Assembly: GCA_963677595.1 (NCBI GenBank)
Contig: OY782041.1
Span: forward strand, 3,456,001 to 3,520,000
Direction: 5' to 3'
Length of the DNA: 64,000 nucleotides
Source: Spirochaetia bacterium
GTDB taxonomy: Bacteria; Spirochaetota; Spirochaetia; CAKZLE01
Below the pieces are notes generated by a model. It searched no databases and had not been told where the DNA came from. It saw only the letters and a program-made list of their open reading frames with translations. Shown piece by piece: positions 38,837-48,369 of this stretch. Positions within the stretch are counted from its first letter, which is position 1, and each line of letters starts with the position of its first letter. The position numbers and the translations under genes are program-made.

Positions 38837-39123
38837 TGTATACCGCAACCATGAGATACCGTATCAAACCCGGGAAGCAGGAGGAGTTCGTCAGGCTCTG
38901 GAGTGAGCAGGTCCTCTCGAAAGCGAAAAGCCAGCCCGGTCTCCATCGCATGATGCTCCTGGAGTCAGCAGGTACCGTCATGGCACTCGGCTCCTGGGAG
39001 GATAAGTCCTATGCTGAGGCGTTCATGCAGACCGGTGTCTTCAAACTCCTCATGGACCAGGTGGAGAGCTGGCTGGAAGAACCGCCGCAACCTGAGCTCT
39101 GGGAGATGGAACACTACCTATGA
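38833..39123 (+). CDS. Antibiotic biosynthesis monooxygenase (ABM) domain protein
   Basis: IKPGKQEEF...QPG...WEDKSYAEAF pattern, 96 aa. Confidence 0.8.
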   Translation: MMYTATMRYRIKPGKQEEFVRLWSEQVLSKAKSQPGLHRMMLLESAGTVMALGSWEDKSYAEAFMQTGVFKLLMDQVESWLEEPPQPELWEMEHYL

Positions 39124-40152
39124 TTCGTCAATGGCATGCAGTGCCATGTCTCCGAACCTGATCCAGCCCTTCTTCCGCATGAACTCACTGACGAGGAGGG
39201 TCAGGACTGCAGGGCCGATGATATGGAGCAGGAGGACCGGCACCAGTGCCGAGGAACCCATGACTTCCAGGGTGGCGAACTGGCCGACCAGCCCGCTCGT
39301 GCCCATACCGGCCCCAATCCGGTTGTTCTCCATCTTGAATACCATCGTGGAGACCGGTCCGAGGATCGCCGAGGCGATGATCGGCGGGATCCAGATCTTC
39401 GGGTTCTTGATGATGTTCGGGATCTGGATCATGGAGGTGCCAAGCCCCTGGCTCACCAGCCCTCCGATCCTGTTCTCCCGATAGCTCGCTGCCGCGAACC
39501 CGACCATCTGGCAGGCACAGCCAACCGTTGAGGCCCCTGCGGCTAGCCCGCTTAATCCCAGTGAGATCGCGATGGCCGCGCTGCTGATCGGCAGCGTGAG
39601 GATCATGCCCATCGATACGGCGATGAGGATGCCCATGGGAAGCGGGTAGAGGGTCGTCAGGTAGTTGATGAACGACCCGATTGCTGCCATCATCGCAGCT
39701 ACAGCCGGTCCCACGAGGACACCTGCAAGCCCGCCGAGGATGATGGTGGATGCCGGCACGAGAATGATGTCGACCTTGGTCTTTCCCGCGATGAGTTTCG
39801 AGAGCTCGGCGCCGACGAGGGAGGCGATGAGTGCCCCTACCGGTTCACCGATCGCCAGGGTCGCTGCCCCTGCCTCGGGGAAGACGACTGTACCGGCCCC
39901 GATGGCTCCCGTGATGATGGAAGCGAAGATCCCCAGCGGGGATGCATGGACAGCGAACGCGACGCCTGCCCCGATGGCTGGACCCATCATGTACTGGGCG
40001 ACCTGACCGAAGTCCGAGAGGACATCCAGCCCTGAGTAGGTGCCGATCTGCTTGAGGATCAGCCCGATGATCAGCGATGCGAAGAGCCCCTGGGCCATGC
40101 CGTTGAGTACCCGAATGATGTATTCCCTGATCCTGCCTCTTTGCCCTTCCAT
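39118..40152 (-). CDS. PTS EIIC_2-like membrane protein (PfoR/PfoS family)
   Basis: LNGMAQGLFASLIIG, LTLPISSAA, QGLGTSMIQ, GMGTSGLVG. Confidence 0.88.
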   Translation of the reverse strand: MEGQRGRIREYIIRVLNGMAQGLFASLIIGLILKQIGTYSGLDVLSDFGQVAQYMMGPAIGAGVAFAVHASPLGIFASIITGAIGAGTVVFPEAGAATLAIGEPVGALIASLVGAELSKLIAGKTKVDIILVPASTIILGGLAGVLVGPAVAAMMAAIGSFINYLTTLYPLPMGILIAVSMGMILTLPISSAAIAISLGLSGLAAGASTVGCACQMVGFAAASYRENRIGGLVSQGLGTSMIQIPNIIKNPKIWIPPIIASAILGPVSTMVFKMENNRIGAGMGTSGLVGQFATLEVMGSSALVPVLLLHIIGPAVLTLLVSEFMRKKGWIRFGDMALHAIDES

Positions 40153-40317
40153 GCGCTGGCACCTCCTTGAGTCTATTTTTCCATGATACCGATACTGCCG
40201 GTTTTTACAATGCCGGTGCAAGGAATTTCTCCTGAAATCCCATACATTACTTATTTTTTCAACCATTTCGGTATATACTTACCAGATAACACGTAAAAAA
40301 AGCAAAAAGGAGATTCT

Positions 40318-41535
40318 ATGGGCCTGAATCATGTGATCTGTTTCAATGGGGGAAGCTCTTCGATCAAGGTAGCGGTAAAGGAAGTGTCTGAGAATGGGGT
40401 CAGCTCGGTCGTCGATTTCAACTGTCAGGGGCTCGGTACCCCGCACGGCTATGTCGATGTCGCAAGTGAAGAACGCAAGGAACGGTGGGAGATGGTCCTC
40501 GACGACCACAGCTCAGCCCTCCACGCGATCACCGAGATCATCGGGAAGGAGTTCCCGGACCTGAACATCGTGGCAGTGGGACATCGTGTGGTACATGGCG
40601 GTACCGACTTCACCGAATCAGCCCTCATCGACGGGATCGACGGGGAGGTCCAGGCGAAGGTTCTCGAGTGCTCGGCACTCGCCCCGCTCCATAACCCGGC
40701 GAACCACCAGATCATCATCGCATCATTGAAGGATCCGGTCTTCGGGGCTGTCCCCAACGTGGCAGTCTTCGATACACAGTTCCATTCACAGATGCCCGAC
40801 CATGTGAAGTATTACGGGGTCCCGAAGGAGTGGGTCTCCAAGTACGGGATCCAGCGCTACGGATTCCACGGGACCTCCTATGCCTATATAACCGGCAGGT
40901 TCTGTGAGCTGACCGGCACCCCTGCTGACGAGTGTTCGATCGTGATCGCCCATCTCGGTAATGGCTGCTCCATGGCGAAGGTGGAGAAGGGTGTCGGGGT
41001 GGACACCTCCATGGGAGTCACTCCCCTCGAGGGGCTGATCATGGGCACCCGCTCGGGTGACGTGGATCCCGGTATGCTCGAACTCATGGCTGATAACCTC
41101 AAGGTGGATGTCAAGGAGATCGTGAGAATCCTCAACCGGGAATCCGGGGCATGGGGGCTCTACGGCAAGGGTACGAAGGAGATCTACAAGATCAGGGAAG
41201 CGGCTCAGGCAGGGGACGAGGACGCAGCCCTCACCCTCGATGTCATCTCCTACCGGATCGCCAAATACTTCAGCGAGTACCTCGGTACGCTCGAGGACCC
41301 GCAGGGGATCGTCTTCACCGGCGGGGTCGGGGAGAACGAGGGGTATGTCCGCAGGAAGGTGCTCTCGTTCATGAAGATGTTCGCCTGGAAGGTAGATGAG
41401 GAGGCGATCATGACCCGGAACGAGGAGGTCGTGATCGCTGAGAGCGGTATCCTCAAAGGTCTTAAAGCCTGGGTCATCCCGACCAACGAGGAGAAGGTCT
41501 TCGCCCTGGAAGCCCTGAAACACGCAGGGCTCTAA
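40318..41535 (+). CDS. ackA: Acetate/propionate kinase
   Basis: NGGSSSIK, GHRVVHGG, LAPLHNP, FDTQFH, YGFHGTS, HLGNG, MGTRSGD, FTGGVGEN, PTNEE. Confidence 0.93.
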   Translation: MGLNHVICFNGGSSSIKVAVKEVSENGVSSVVDFNCQGLGTPHGYVDVASEERKERWEMVLDDHSSALHAITEIIGKEFPDLNIVAVGHRVVHGGTDFTESALIDGIDGEVQAKVLECSALAPLHNPANHQIIIASLKDPVFGAVPNVAVFDTQFHSQMPDHVKYYGVPKEWVSKYGIQRYGFHGTSYAYITGRFCELTGTPADECSIVIAHLGNGCSMAKVEKGVGVDTSMGVTPLEGLIMGTRSGDVDPGMLELMADNLKVDVKEIVRILNRESGAWGLYGKGTKEIYKIREAAQAGDEDAALTLDVISYRIAKYFSEYLGTLEDPQGIVFTGGVGENEGYVRRKVLSFMKMFAWKVDEEAIMTRNEEVVIAESGILKGLKAWVIPTNEEKVFALEALKHAGL

Positions 41536-41550
41536 CCAATCAACACGCCC

Positions 41551-41931
41551 TCAGGGATTCCTGGGGGCGTCTGTGCCTTCTGTCGGGAAGCCTGCTTTCA
41601 CCCAGCCGGAGAAGCCGCCGCTCAAGTTGAAGCACTTCCCGTACCCGACTGACCTGAGGAAGACGAGGGCCATGGCGGACTGCACCGAGCCGTTGCAGAC
41701 GCAGATGACCGTACGTTCTGTATCGGGGAGCTGCTCCCCATACCGGTCCGGGAGTTCCTGGATGGGAAGCTGCACAGAGCCCGGGATACGGGCCTGTTCC
41801 CAGGCATTCCTCCCCCTGAGGTCTATGATATCGAGCACCTCACCCGAATCGAGCATCTCCCTGAGCTTGTCACGGTTGAGCATACCCATCCCGGGTTCCA
41901 TCTCTCTCAGCACATCAGCAGCGGTTCTCAT
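41551..41931 (-). CDS. Rhodanese-like domain protein
   Basis: IIDLR...RIPGS, active-site loop CNGSVQS, LSGGFSGW. Confidence 0.88.
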   Translation of the reverse strand: MRTAADVLREMEPGMGMLNRDKLREMLDSGEVLDIIDLRGRNAWEQARIPGSVQLPIQELPDRYGEQLPDTERTVICVCNGSVQSAMALVFLRSVGYGKCFNLSGGFSGWVKAGFPTEGTDAPRNP

Positions 41932-41944
41932 TGATACGATCTCC

Positions 41945-42295
41945 TTATAATGATATATGGAAATGACGAAGGACTAAGACCAGCAGCAGGTAGAGTGCCA
42001 CGGTCATGCCTGAGGCGATCCCCAGGCTGCCCCAGAAGCCGGTGCCCCGGTCCAGGAGGTAGGGGAAGAGGAGGAAGAAGCTCAAGGACGGCAGTACGAG
42101 CCAGAAGATGGATCGCGACAGACCGGCAACCGCTGAGTTTTCCACCTTCTCTACGTGCATCCAGAGGATAGCCAGGAGGGAGGTGAGCGGCAGGGAGGCG
42201 ATGAGGGCCCCGATGAGCGAACTGTGTTTCGCCGTCTCGCTGACGGCAACGATGATCACCGCCGAAATAAGTACCTTGATGATGTAATAGAGCAT
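41945..42295 (-). CDS. DUF3147 family membrane protein
   Basis: KVLISAVII...GALIASLPLTS...FWLVLPSL. Confidence 0.8.
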   Translation of the reverse strand: MLYYIIKVLISAVIIVAVSETAKHSSLIGALIASLPLTSLLAILWMHVEKVENSAVAGLSRSIFWLVLPSLSFFLLFPYLLDRGTGFWGSLGIASGMTVALYLLLVLVLRHFHISL

Positions 42296-42313
42296 ATGAA
42301 ACCTCCTGTGACG

Positions 42314-43216
42314 CTATTCTACTTCCACCGTGATATGGCTGCAGCTGCAGCGCGAGCGAATCTGGTCAGTGAATACCTGCTTGTCGAAGGACTCGCCGGG
42401 GTGTACCTGCAGGATGACCGCTTTCCCCGACTCCGAGGTCTTCCAGATGTGCAGGTCCTGTATGACCGTACCGGTCGATCCGGCGATCTCGGAGATCATC
42501 TTCTCATCCTCTGCTGCCGGGTGGTAGTCGACTAAGAGCTTTCCCGAAGAGAGGAGCAGGGAATATGCCCACTTGAGGATCACGACAGCCCCGAGGATGG
42601 CGACGGCGGCATCAGGCCAGGTATGTCCGAGGAAACGACCGGTGAGCAGTGCCCCGATCGCCAGCACCGAGGTCAGGGCATCGGTGATGACATGGACATA
42701 GGCGGCCCGAAGGTTGTGGTCCTGGTGGTCATGATCATGAGAATGACCATGATCATGATGGTGATGTTCATGGCCCCCTGCTGAGAGCAGGGCGGCACTG
42801 ACGAGGTTGACGGCCAGCCCGAGCACCGCGACCAGGAGGGCCTGGTCGAAGCGTATCGTCTCAGGGTGGATCAGCCTGCCGATCGCCTCATAGCCCATGT
42901 AGAGGGCCGTGATGCCGAGCAGGATGGCGTTGGTATAACCTCCGAGGATCCCCACCTTGCCGGTGGAGAAGGCGAAGTTGGGGTTATGTGCATGCCTGCC
43001 GGCAAGCACATAGGCGATGAGGGTGATGACCAGTGCGAAGGTATGTGTCCCCATATGGATCCCGTCTGCAAGCAGGGCCATGGACCCGGTAATCAGCCCG
43101 TAGGTGATCTCCGCGACCATCGTCAGGAGGGTGATGACCACGACGATTGCTGTCCTCCTCATGGGGGAGCGGCTGTGTGCATGGTCTATATGCTGGCTGC
43201 AGGTTCGTTCGTTCAT
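42314..43216 (-). CDS. dmeF: CDF family Co(II)/Ni(II) efflux transporter
   Basis: GSMALLADGIHMGTH, a His-rich loop, DHNLRAAYVHVITDALTS, DLHIW, HITVEV. Confidence 0.92.
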   Translation of the reverse strand: MNERTCSQHIDHAHSRSPMRRTAIVVVITLLTMVAEITYGLITGSMALLADGIHMGTHTFALVITLIAYVLAGRHAHNPNFAFSTGKVGILGGYTNAILLGITALYMGYEAIGRLIHPETIRFDQALLVAVLGLAVNLVSAALLSAGGHEHHHHDHGHSHDHDHQDHNLRAAYVHVITDALTSVLAIGALLTGRFLGHTWPDAAVAILGAVVILKWAYSLLLSSGKLLVDYHPAAEDEKMISEIAGSTGTVIQDLHIWKTSESGKAVILQVHPGESFDKQVFTDQIRSRCSCSHITVEVE

Positions 43217-43228
43217 TCGCTGGTTCTC

Positions 43229-43639
43229 CTATAGGATCGTGATGAGGGACTCGAGGTCCCGGAAGAAGCTGCTGCTCTCCTCCTCCCCGAGGGTTTCCGT
43301 GATCTCGTCGATCAGGTGCCCGTGCATATGGTGGTGGTTGTCGTACTCCTGCCTGCCGGACTCCGTTAGCTTGATGAAGAAAGAGCGTCCATCCTCCGGG
43401 TCCTTCTCACGTACCAGATACCCCTTCGAGACGAGCCGGTGGACCATCACCGTCAGGGTCCCGGTGGTGACGCCGAGCCTCTCGGAGAGCTCCTTCATGC
43501 GAAGCGTCCCATGGTTCCCGACGACCTCGAGCAGGTGCATCTGGGCAAGGGAGATCTCCCGCCCCTCCACGATACCGTTTTCCCAGGAGGTCATCCTCTC
43601 GAAGAACTCGACTAAGATATTCGAATATGTTTCATTCAT
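43229..43639 (-). CDS. MarR family regulator with AdcR/ZitR-like His/Glu residues
   Basis: MKELSERLGVTTGTLT...DGRS...LTESG, plus WE, QMHL and HHHMH. Start set at ATG 43639. Confidence 0.88.
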   Translation of the reverse strand: MNETYSNILVEFFERMTSWENGIVEGREISLAQMHLLEVVGNHGTLRMKELSERLGVTTGTLTVMVHRLVSKGYLVREKDPEDGRSFFIKLTESGRQEYDNHHHMHGHLIDEITETLGEEESSSFFRDLESLITIL

Positions 43640-43648
43640 AGTATTTAC

Positions 43649-43688
43649 CTTGATAATCAAGATACATCTAGATAGTTTGAATGTCAAG
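43649..43688. promoter_or_regulatory. Probable MarR operators overlapping the marR-dmeF promoter
   Basis: Palindrome CTTGATAATCAAG (43649-43661) and TTTGAATGTCAAG (43676-43688); minus-strand TTGACA-N17-TATCTT. Confidence 0.55.
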
Positions 43689-43753
43689 ATAGTTTAGGGA
43701 GAATGTTCTTCTATCGTATGTACGAAAAGGGGGAGGAGGACCGTCCTTGTTTG

Positions 43754-44542
43754 TTAGGGGGTATACCGCAGCTTGCGTGAGATCTCCTTGCCGTACCGTA
43801 TCACCTCATTGAGCATGAAGTTGAACTTGTTCCTATTATGGTAGTCCTGGATATGGCCGACGATGCCTATGGCACAGACGACCTGTTTCGTGTAGTCATA
43901 GACCGGGACTGCAAGGCTCCCTATGCCAAGGGAGTACTCTTCGAGATCGGTTGCGTACTTCCGCTCCTTAGCGAGGAAGATCTCCTGCTTATAGGTCTCG
44001 AGGTTGGTAATGGTCTTTTCCGTGTTCGTTGGGACGAACCGCCAGGCACGCCGCAGGAAGTTCTCCTGTTCCTGCTTCGGCATAAATGCGGTGAGGATCT
44101 TCCCGCTGGCAGTCAGGTTGATCGGGATCTTCTCCCTGATCGTCGACATGATCCCCACGGGTTTTGAGGGGAGCACCTGGTCGATGACCATGACCCCGTC
44201 ATCATGGACGACTGCCAGGGTGCAGGCCTGAACCGTCCGCTCCGCTATGGTTCGCATGAACGGTCGTGACTGGGTCGCTAAGTCATTCGCGTTCTGGACG
44301 TGTTGGGAGATCTCGAGGATCCGGGGGCCTGCGATGTATTTCCCGCTCGAGCGATAGTCACCGAGAAGGTAGTTCTTGTCCAGCAGAAGTCTCACGATCC
44401 GGTAGACCGAGGCTATCGGCAGGTCGAGTTCCTGAGCTATCTCCTGTGCGGATAATGATATGCTTGAAGCAGCGATGAGCTCTATGATCTGCAGGGTTCG
44501 CAGTGCTGAAGGAGGGTAGCTGCTGTCCGATGAATTCTGCAT
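43754..44542 (-). CDS. IclR family transcriptional regulator
   Basis: RTLQIIE...IASVYRIV helix-turn-helix; TASGK, YATDLEE, SLAVPV. Confidence 0.93.
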   Translation of the reverse strand: MQNSSDSSYPPSALRTLQIIELIAASSISLSAQEIAQELDLPIASVYRIVRLLLDKNYLLGDYRSSGKYIAGPRILEISQHVQNANDLATQSRPFMRTIAERTVQACTLAVVHDDGVMVIDQVLPSKPVGIMSTIREKIPINLTASGKILTAFMPKQEQENFLRRAWRFVPTNTEKTITNLETYKQEIFLAKERKYATDLEEYSLGIGSLAVPVYDYTKQVVCAIGIVGHIQDYHNRNKFNFMLNEVIRYGKEISRKLRYTP

Positions 44543-44605
44543 CCTGAAGGTCCTCCATGGAGTGGTTGTTGAGAACTATATCATAATTCTTCATTCTCAG
44601 CAATA

Positions 44606-44759
44606 TATCAAATAAGATTATTAAAGTATCAAATATGATAATACAAATAAATATAGAAAAAAATTCTCGAGAAAAACCACTCATAAATGTATATATTATC
44701 ATATATGATATATATAAAATCATATAGAATTTGACAGCTGGAATTTTCGGTGCTAGTAT
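44606..44759 (+). promoter_or_regulatory. IclR-type operators and sigma70 promoter of the GRE operon
   Basis: TATCAwATATGATA-like boxes at 44606, 44627, 44697 and 44718; TTGACA (44731) - 17 nt - TAGTAT (44754) with an extended -10 TG. Confidence 0.7.
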
Positions 44760-44781
44760 TCCATCACAAGTGAGGTTTGAA

Positions 44782-45729
44782 ATGGGTCATGAAATTATCT
44801 CCATAGGCGGGCTGCTCGTTGAGATCATCAGGAAGGAACATGGAAGGACGCTGAGTGAGTCAGCAGACTTTGCCGGTCCCTATCCCAGTGGTGATACACC
44901 TATTTTCATCCATGCGGCTGCGAAGCTGGGAAAGGACTGCGGGTTCATCGGTTCCTGCGGGAATGATGCCTTCGGAGACTGTGTCTATGACCGGCTTGCT
45001 GCAAGCGGGGTCGATATGACGCATGTCAAGAAGATCCCCGGCTTGATGACCGGTACCACCTTCGTCATGTATGAGGAAGACGGCACGAGGAAGTTCATGT
45101 ACCACCTGCAGAACTCCGGTTCAGCGGTGGTCACGATCGACGATGTGAGTTCAGAGTACTTCAAGGGCTGTAAGTGGGTGCATTATACCGCATTCAACCT
45201 TGAGATCAGTGACTCGGTCAGGAGTGCTATCTACCGTTCCATGCAGCTGCTGGATGATGACACGATCGTGAGTTTCGACCCTAACGTCCGATTCGAGCTC
45301 TATTCACCGGAACAGCTCAAGAAGATGTGTGAACCGATCCTGAAGCGGGCAAACGTGATCCTGCCGAGCCAGTACGAGTTCTCCAGGATGTACGGCAAGA
45401 CTGATGATGAGGTCTGTACTGAATGGATGGACAAGGGCAAGCTCGTGATCCTCAAGCTTGCAGACCAGGGCTGCCGCATCTACGAGAAGGGAAAGATCGT
45501 GGATGTTGCACCGTTCAGGACTGTTGAGATCGATGCTACCGGGGCAGGAGATATCTTCTGTGCAGCATTTGCCGTTGCCAGGCTGGATGGTAAGTCGATC
45601 CATGATGCAGCGGTCTACGCGAATGCAGCCGGCGCCTTCTCGGTCACCAGGATGGGGCCGATGGAGGGAACCGTCTCCAAGGAAGAGCTTGAGGAGTTCC
45701 TCAGGACCGAACAGGCTGAGATCTTTTAA
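44782..45729 (+). CDS. PfkB family sugar kinase (1)
   Basis: GNDAFG, FDPNVR, DATGAGD. The ORF track's TTG 44731 is the -35 box, so the start is set at ATG 44782. Confidence 0.93.
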   Translation: MGHEIISIGGLLVEIIRKEHGRTLSESADFAGPYPSGDTPIFIHAAAKLGKDCGFIGSCGNDAFGDCVYDRLAASGVDMTHVKKIPGLMTGTTFVMYEEDGTRKFMYHLQNSGSAVVTIDDVSSEYFKGCKWVHYTAFNLEISDSVRSAIYRSMQLLDDDTIVSFDPNVRFELYSPEQLKKMCEPILKRANVILPSQYEFSRMYGKTDDEVCTEWMDKGKLVILKLADQGCRIYEKGKIVDVAPFRTVEIDATGAGDIFCAAFAVARLDGKSIHDAAVYANAAGAFSVTRMGPMEGTVSKEELEEFLRTEQAEIF

Positions 45730-45782
45730 TTATTTGGGAATCGATCTTCGTATGGAAGATTTGAATAAACAGGAGGACTGAT

Positions 45783-46784
45783 ATGAAACGAGTATTGATG
45801 ATTATGCTGGTCATGATCTCTCTGACAGGGATGCTGTTCGCAGCAGGAGCTCAGGAAGCTTCAGACAAGGGCGATTATGAGATCGTTGTGGTACCGAAGG
45901 ATGCAACCATCCCATGGTTCGTACGAATGGATGTTGGTGTGAAGGAGTTCGCTGCGGACTCAGGACTCAATGTCTACATGAAGGGACCTTCAGCTACTGA
46001 CGTGACCCAGCAGGCAGAAGTGATCGAGGACCTGATCGCACAGGGTGTTGATGCACTTTGTGTCGTACCTGTAGACCCTTCAGCTCTTGAGCCGGTACTG
46101 AAGAAGGCAATGGACAGGGGTATCGTCGTCGTTACCCATGAGGGATCGACCCAGAAGAACACCATGTACAATGTCGAGGCGTTTGACAACGCAGGATACG
46201 GTGCGTTCATCATGGACAACCTCGCTGCAGCGATGGGAGAGACTGGTGTTTACACTACCATGGTAGGACATGTCACCAACGCTTCCCACAACGAATGGGC
46301 AGATGGTGCCGTGAATCGACAGCTCGAGGCTTACCCGAACATGACACTCCTTGCTGCTGACCCCCGTGTCGAGATCATGGACGATGCAAGTGTCACCTAT
46401 GAGAAGGCAAAAGAGCTCTTCAAGAAGTATGCTGAACTCGAAGGTATCGTCGGGACTTCAGCACACGTCGTTGCGAATGTCCCGAGGGCGATCGAGGAAC
46501 TCGGTCTTGTTGACAAGGCATTCGTCAGTGGTACAGGCCTCCCGTCACAGGCTGGGCAGTACATCAAGAGCGGGTCAGTGAAGTCGATGACCCTCTGGGA
46601 CCCGGCAGATGCAGGCTATGTCATGGCTGCCCTTGCTGAGAAGATCCTCGATGGGGAAGAGATCACCAACGGTGTAGACCTTGGCAAGCCGGGGTATGAG
46701 AACATGATTCTCAAAGGCAACCAGCTGCAGGGTGCAGGGTGGATCACGATCGATGCATCCAACATCGACCAGTTCAACTTCTAA
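45783..46784 (+). CDS. Monosaccharide ABC substrate-binding protein (LsrB/RhaS-like)
   Basis: VVPK..IPWFVRM, IEDLIAQGVDAL, VTHE, GTGLPS, LWDPADAG. Confidence 0.9.
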   Translation: MKRVLMIMLVMISLTGMLFAAGAQEASDKGDYEIVVVPKDATIPWFVRMDVGVKEFAADSGLNVYMKGPSATDVTQQAEVIEDLIAQGVDALCVVPVDPSALEPVLKKAMDRGIVVVTHEGSTQKNTMYNVEAFDNAGYGAFIMDNLAAAMGETGVYTTMVGHVTNASHNEWADGAVNRQLEAYPNMTLLAADPRVEIMDDASVTYEKAKELFKKYAELEGIVGTSAHVVANVPRAIEELGLVDKAFVSGTGLPSQAGQYIKSGSVKSMTLWDPADAGYVMAALAEKILDGEEITNGVDLGKPGYENMILKGNQLQGAGWITIDASNIDQFNF

Positions 46785-46797
46785 TCTAGAATAAGAT

Positions 46798-46827
46798 GGG
46801 GCAGAGTTTAGCTCTGCCCCTGTTTTT
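46798..46827 (+). terminator. Stem-loop after the binding-protein gene
   Basis: GGGGCAGAG-TTTAG-CTCTGCCCC followed by TGTTTTT. Confidence 0.7.
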
Positions 46828-46854
46828 CCTACAGAGAAAGCGGGTTTAATAATT

Positions 46855-48351
46855 ATGGATGAATACATACTGCGTGCGAAGGCGATCACCAAGAATTTCG
46901 CCGGAGTGCAGGCACTGCGGGGAGTCTCCCTGGACATCGGGAAGGGTGAGATCCACTGCCTCGCAGGAGAGAATGGAAGCGGGAAGTCGACATTGATCAA
47001 GATCATCTCCGGTGTAGAGGAGATGAACTCCGGTGAATTGGAGATCAAAGGCAAGTCCTATACGAAGATCACACCGATCGAGTCGATCAGGAACGGGATC
47101 CAGGTCATCTACCAGGACCTCTCAGTCTTCCCGAACCTCACGGTAAAAGAGAATCTAGCATATAATACGATCGTAGCTGACCGGAAGAAGATAATAAACT
47201 GGAAAGAGATCGAATCACTGGCCAAAGAGGCTTTGGGCAGGATCAACGTCAATATAGATCTGAATGCGATAGTGGGCGATCTCTCGATCGCTGACAAGCA
47301 GCTAATCGCTATATCGCGGGCGCTGCTGAATAATGCTGAGCTGATCATCATGGATGAGCCGACGACAGCCCTCACGAGGAGGGAGATCAACAACCTTTTC
47401 AAGATCATCAAGCAGCTGCAGGAACGGGGAATATCGATTCTCTTCGTCAGCCACAAGCTTGATGAGGTCTTCGAGATCTCGGACAGGTTCACCATCTTCC
47501 GGAATGGGGAGAATATCAAGAGCGGTGCTACCTCGGAACTCGATGACAAGAAGTTCACCTATTACATGACCGGTAGGGAATTCGAGGAGAAGAGGTTCTC
47601 CTACACCAGGCCGGATGATACGCCGCTTCTCTCGGTGAAGGACCTCACACTCAACCATGGGTTCTCTGATGTCTCGTTCGACCTCTATAAGGGTGAGATC
47701 CTCGGCATCACCGGACTGCTCGGTTCAGGAAGGGCAGAGTTGGCACTTGCCCTCAGCGGCTACTACAAGCCCGACAGCGGTACGTTCCGGCTCAAGGGTG
47801 AGGAGAAGAGATTCTCCAGCATCACCGATGCCATAGCATCGAATATCGGGTATGTGCCTGAAGACCGGCTCACTGAAGGGCTCTTCATGCCGAAGGCAAT
47901 TGGGCGGAACATCATCCTGCCGAAGATCCAGAAGTTCGCGAGTCGGTTCGGATTCCTCAACAAGCAGGCGATCCAGGACGAAATCGACTCCTGGGTATCC
48001 AGGCTGGCGATCAAGACACCGGATGCCGCGAATCCCGTACGGACATTATCAGGGGGGAATCAGCAGCGGGTCGTGCTGGCAAAGTGGCTGGCGATCAATC
48101 CCGAGGTGCTGATCCTCAACGGGCCGACGGTCGGAGTAGACATCGGTTCTAAATATGATATCCACGAAGTCATCAAGGAACTCTCATCCAAGGGGATCGG
48201 CGTGATCGTCATCTCCGATGACCTGCCGGAGATCCTGTCTGTCTGCAGCAGGGTCCTCATCATGAAGGCCGGCAGGGTGACCTCAGAATATGAGACGGCT
48301 GACATGCAGGTCCATGAACTGACGGTTGAGATGACCGAAGATATCGAGTAG
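46855..48351 (+). CDS. Monosaccharide ABC transporter ATP-binding protein (RbsA-like)
   Basis: GENGSGKST, MDEPT, VPEDR, LSGGNQQ. Confidence 0.95.
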   Translation: MDEYILRAKAITKNFAGVQALRGVSLDIGKGEIHCLAGENGSGKSTLIKIISGVEEMNSGELEIKGKSYTKITPIESIRNGIQVIYQDLSVFPNLTVKENLAYNTIVADRKKIINWKEIESLAKEALGRINVNIDLNAIVGDLSIADKQLIAISRALLNNAELIIMDEPTTALTRREINNLFKIIKQLQERGISILFVSHKLDEVFEISDRFTIFRNGENIKSGATSELDDKKFTYYMTGREFEEKRFSYTRPDDTPLLSVKDLTLNHGFSDVSFDLYKGEILGITGLLGSGRAELALALSGYYKPDSGTFRLKGEEKRFSSITDAIASNIGYVPEDRLTEGLFMPKAIGRNIILPKIQKFASRFGFLNKQAIQDEIDSWVSRLAIKTPDAANPVRTLSGGNQQRVVLAKWLAINPEVLILNGPTVGVDIGSKYDIHEVIKELSSKGIGVIVISDDLPEILSVCSRVLIMKAGRVTSEYETADMQVHELTVEMTEDIE

Positions 48352-48369
48352 ATAGGTGAGGTAAGAACA

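Noticed and set aside
42715-42772. Repetitive (GAT/CAT/TGG) tract
   Set aside because: It encodes the normal His-rich loop of DmeF.
44358-44723. 121-aa minus-strand ORF
   Set aside because: It is a translation of the AT-rich operator region running out of frame into iclR.
45783-46784. AI-2 quorum-sensing uptake (lsr) system
   Set aside because: The protein has an LsrB-like fold, but there are no lsrK, lsrF, lsrG or lsrR genes; the context indicates sugar catabolism.
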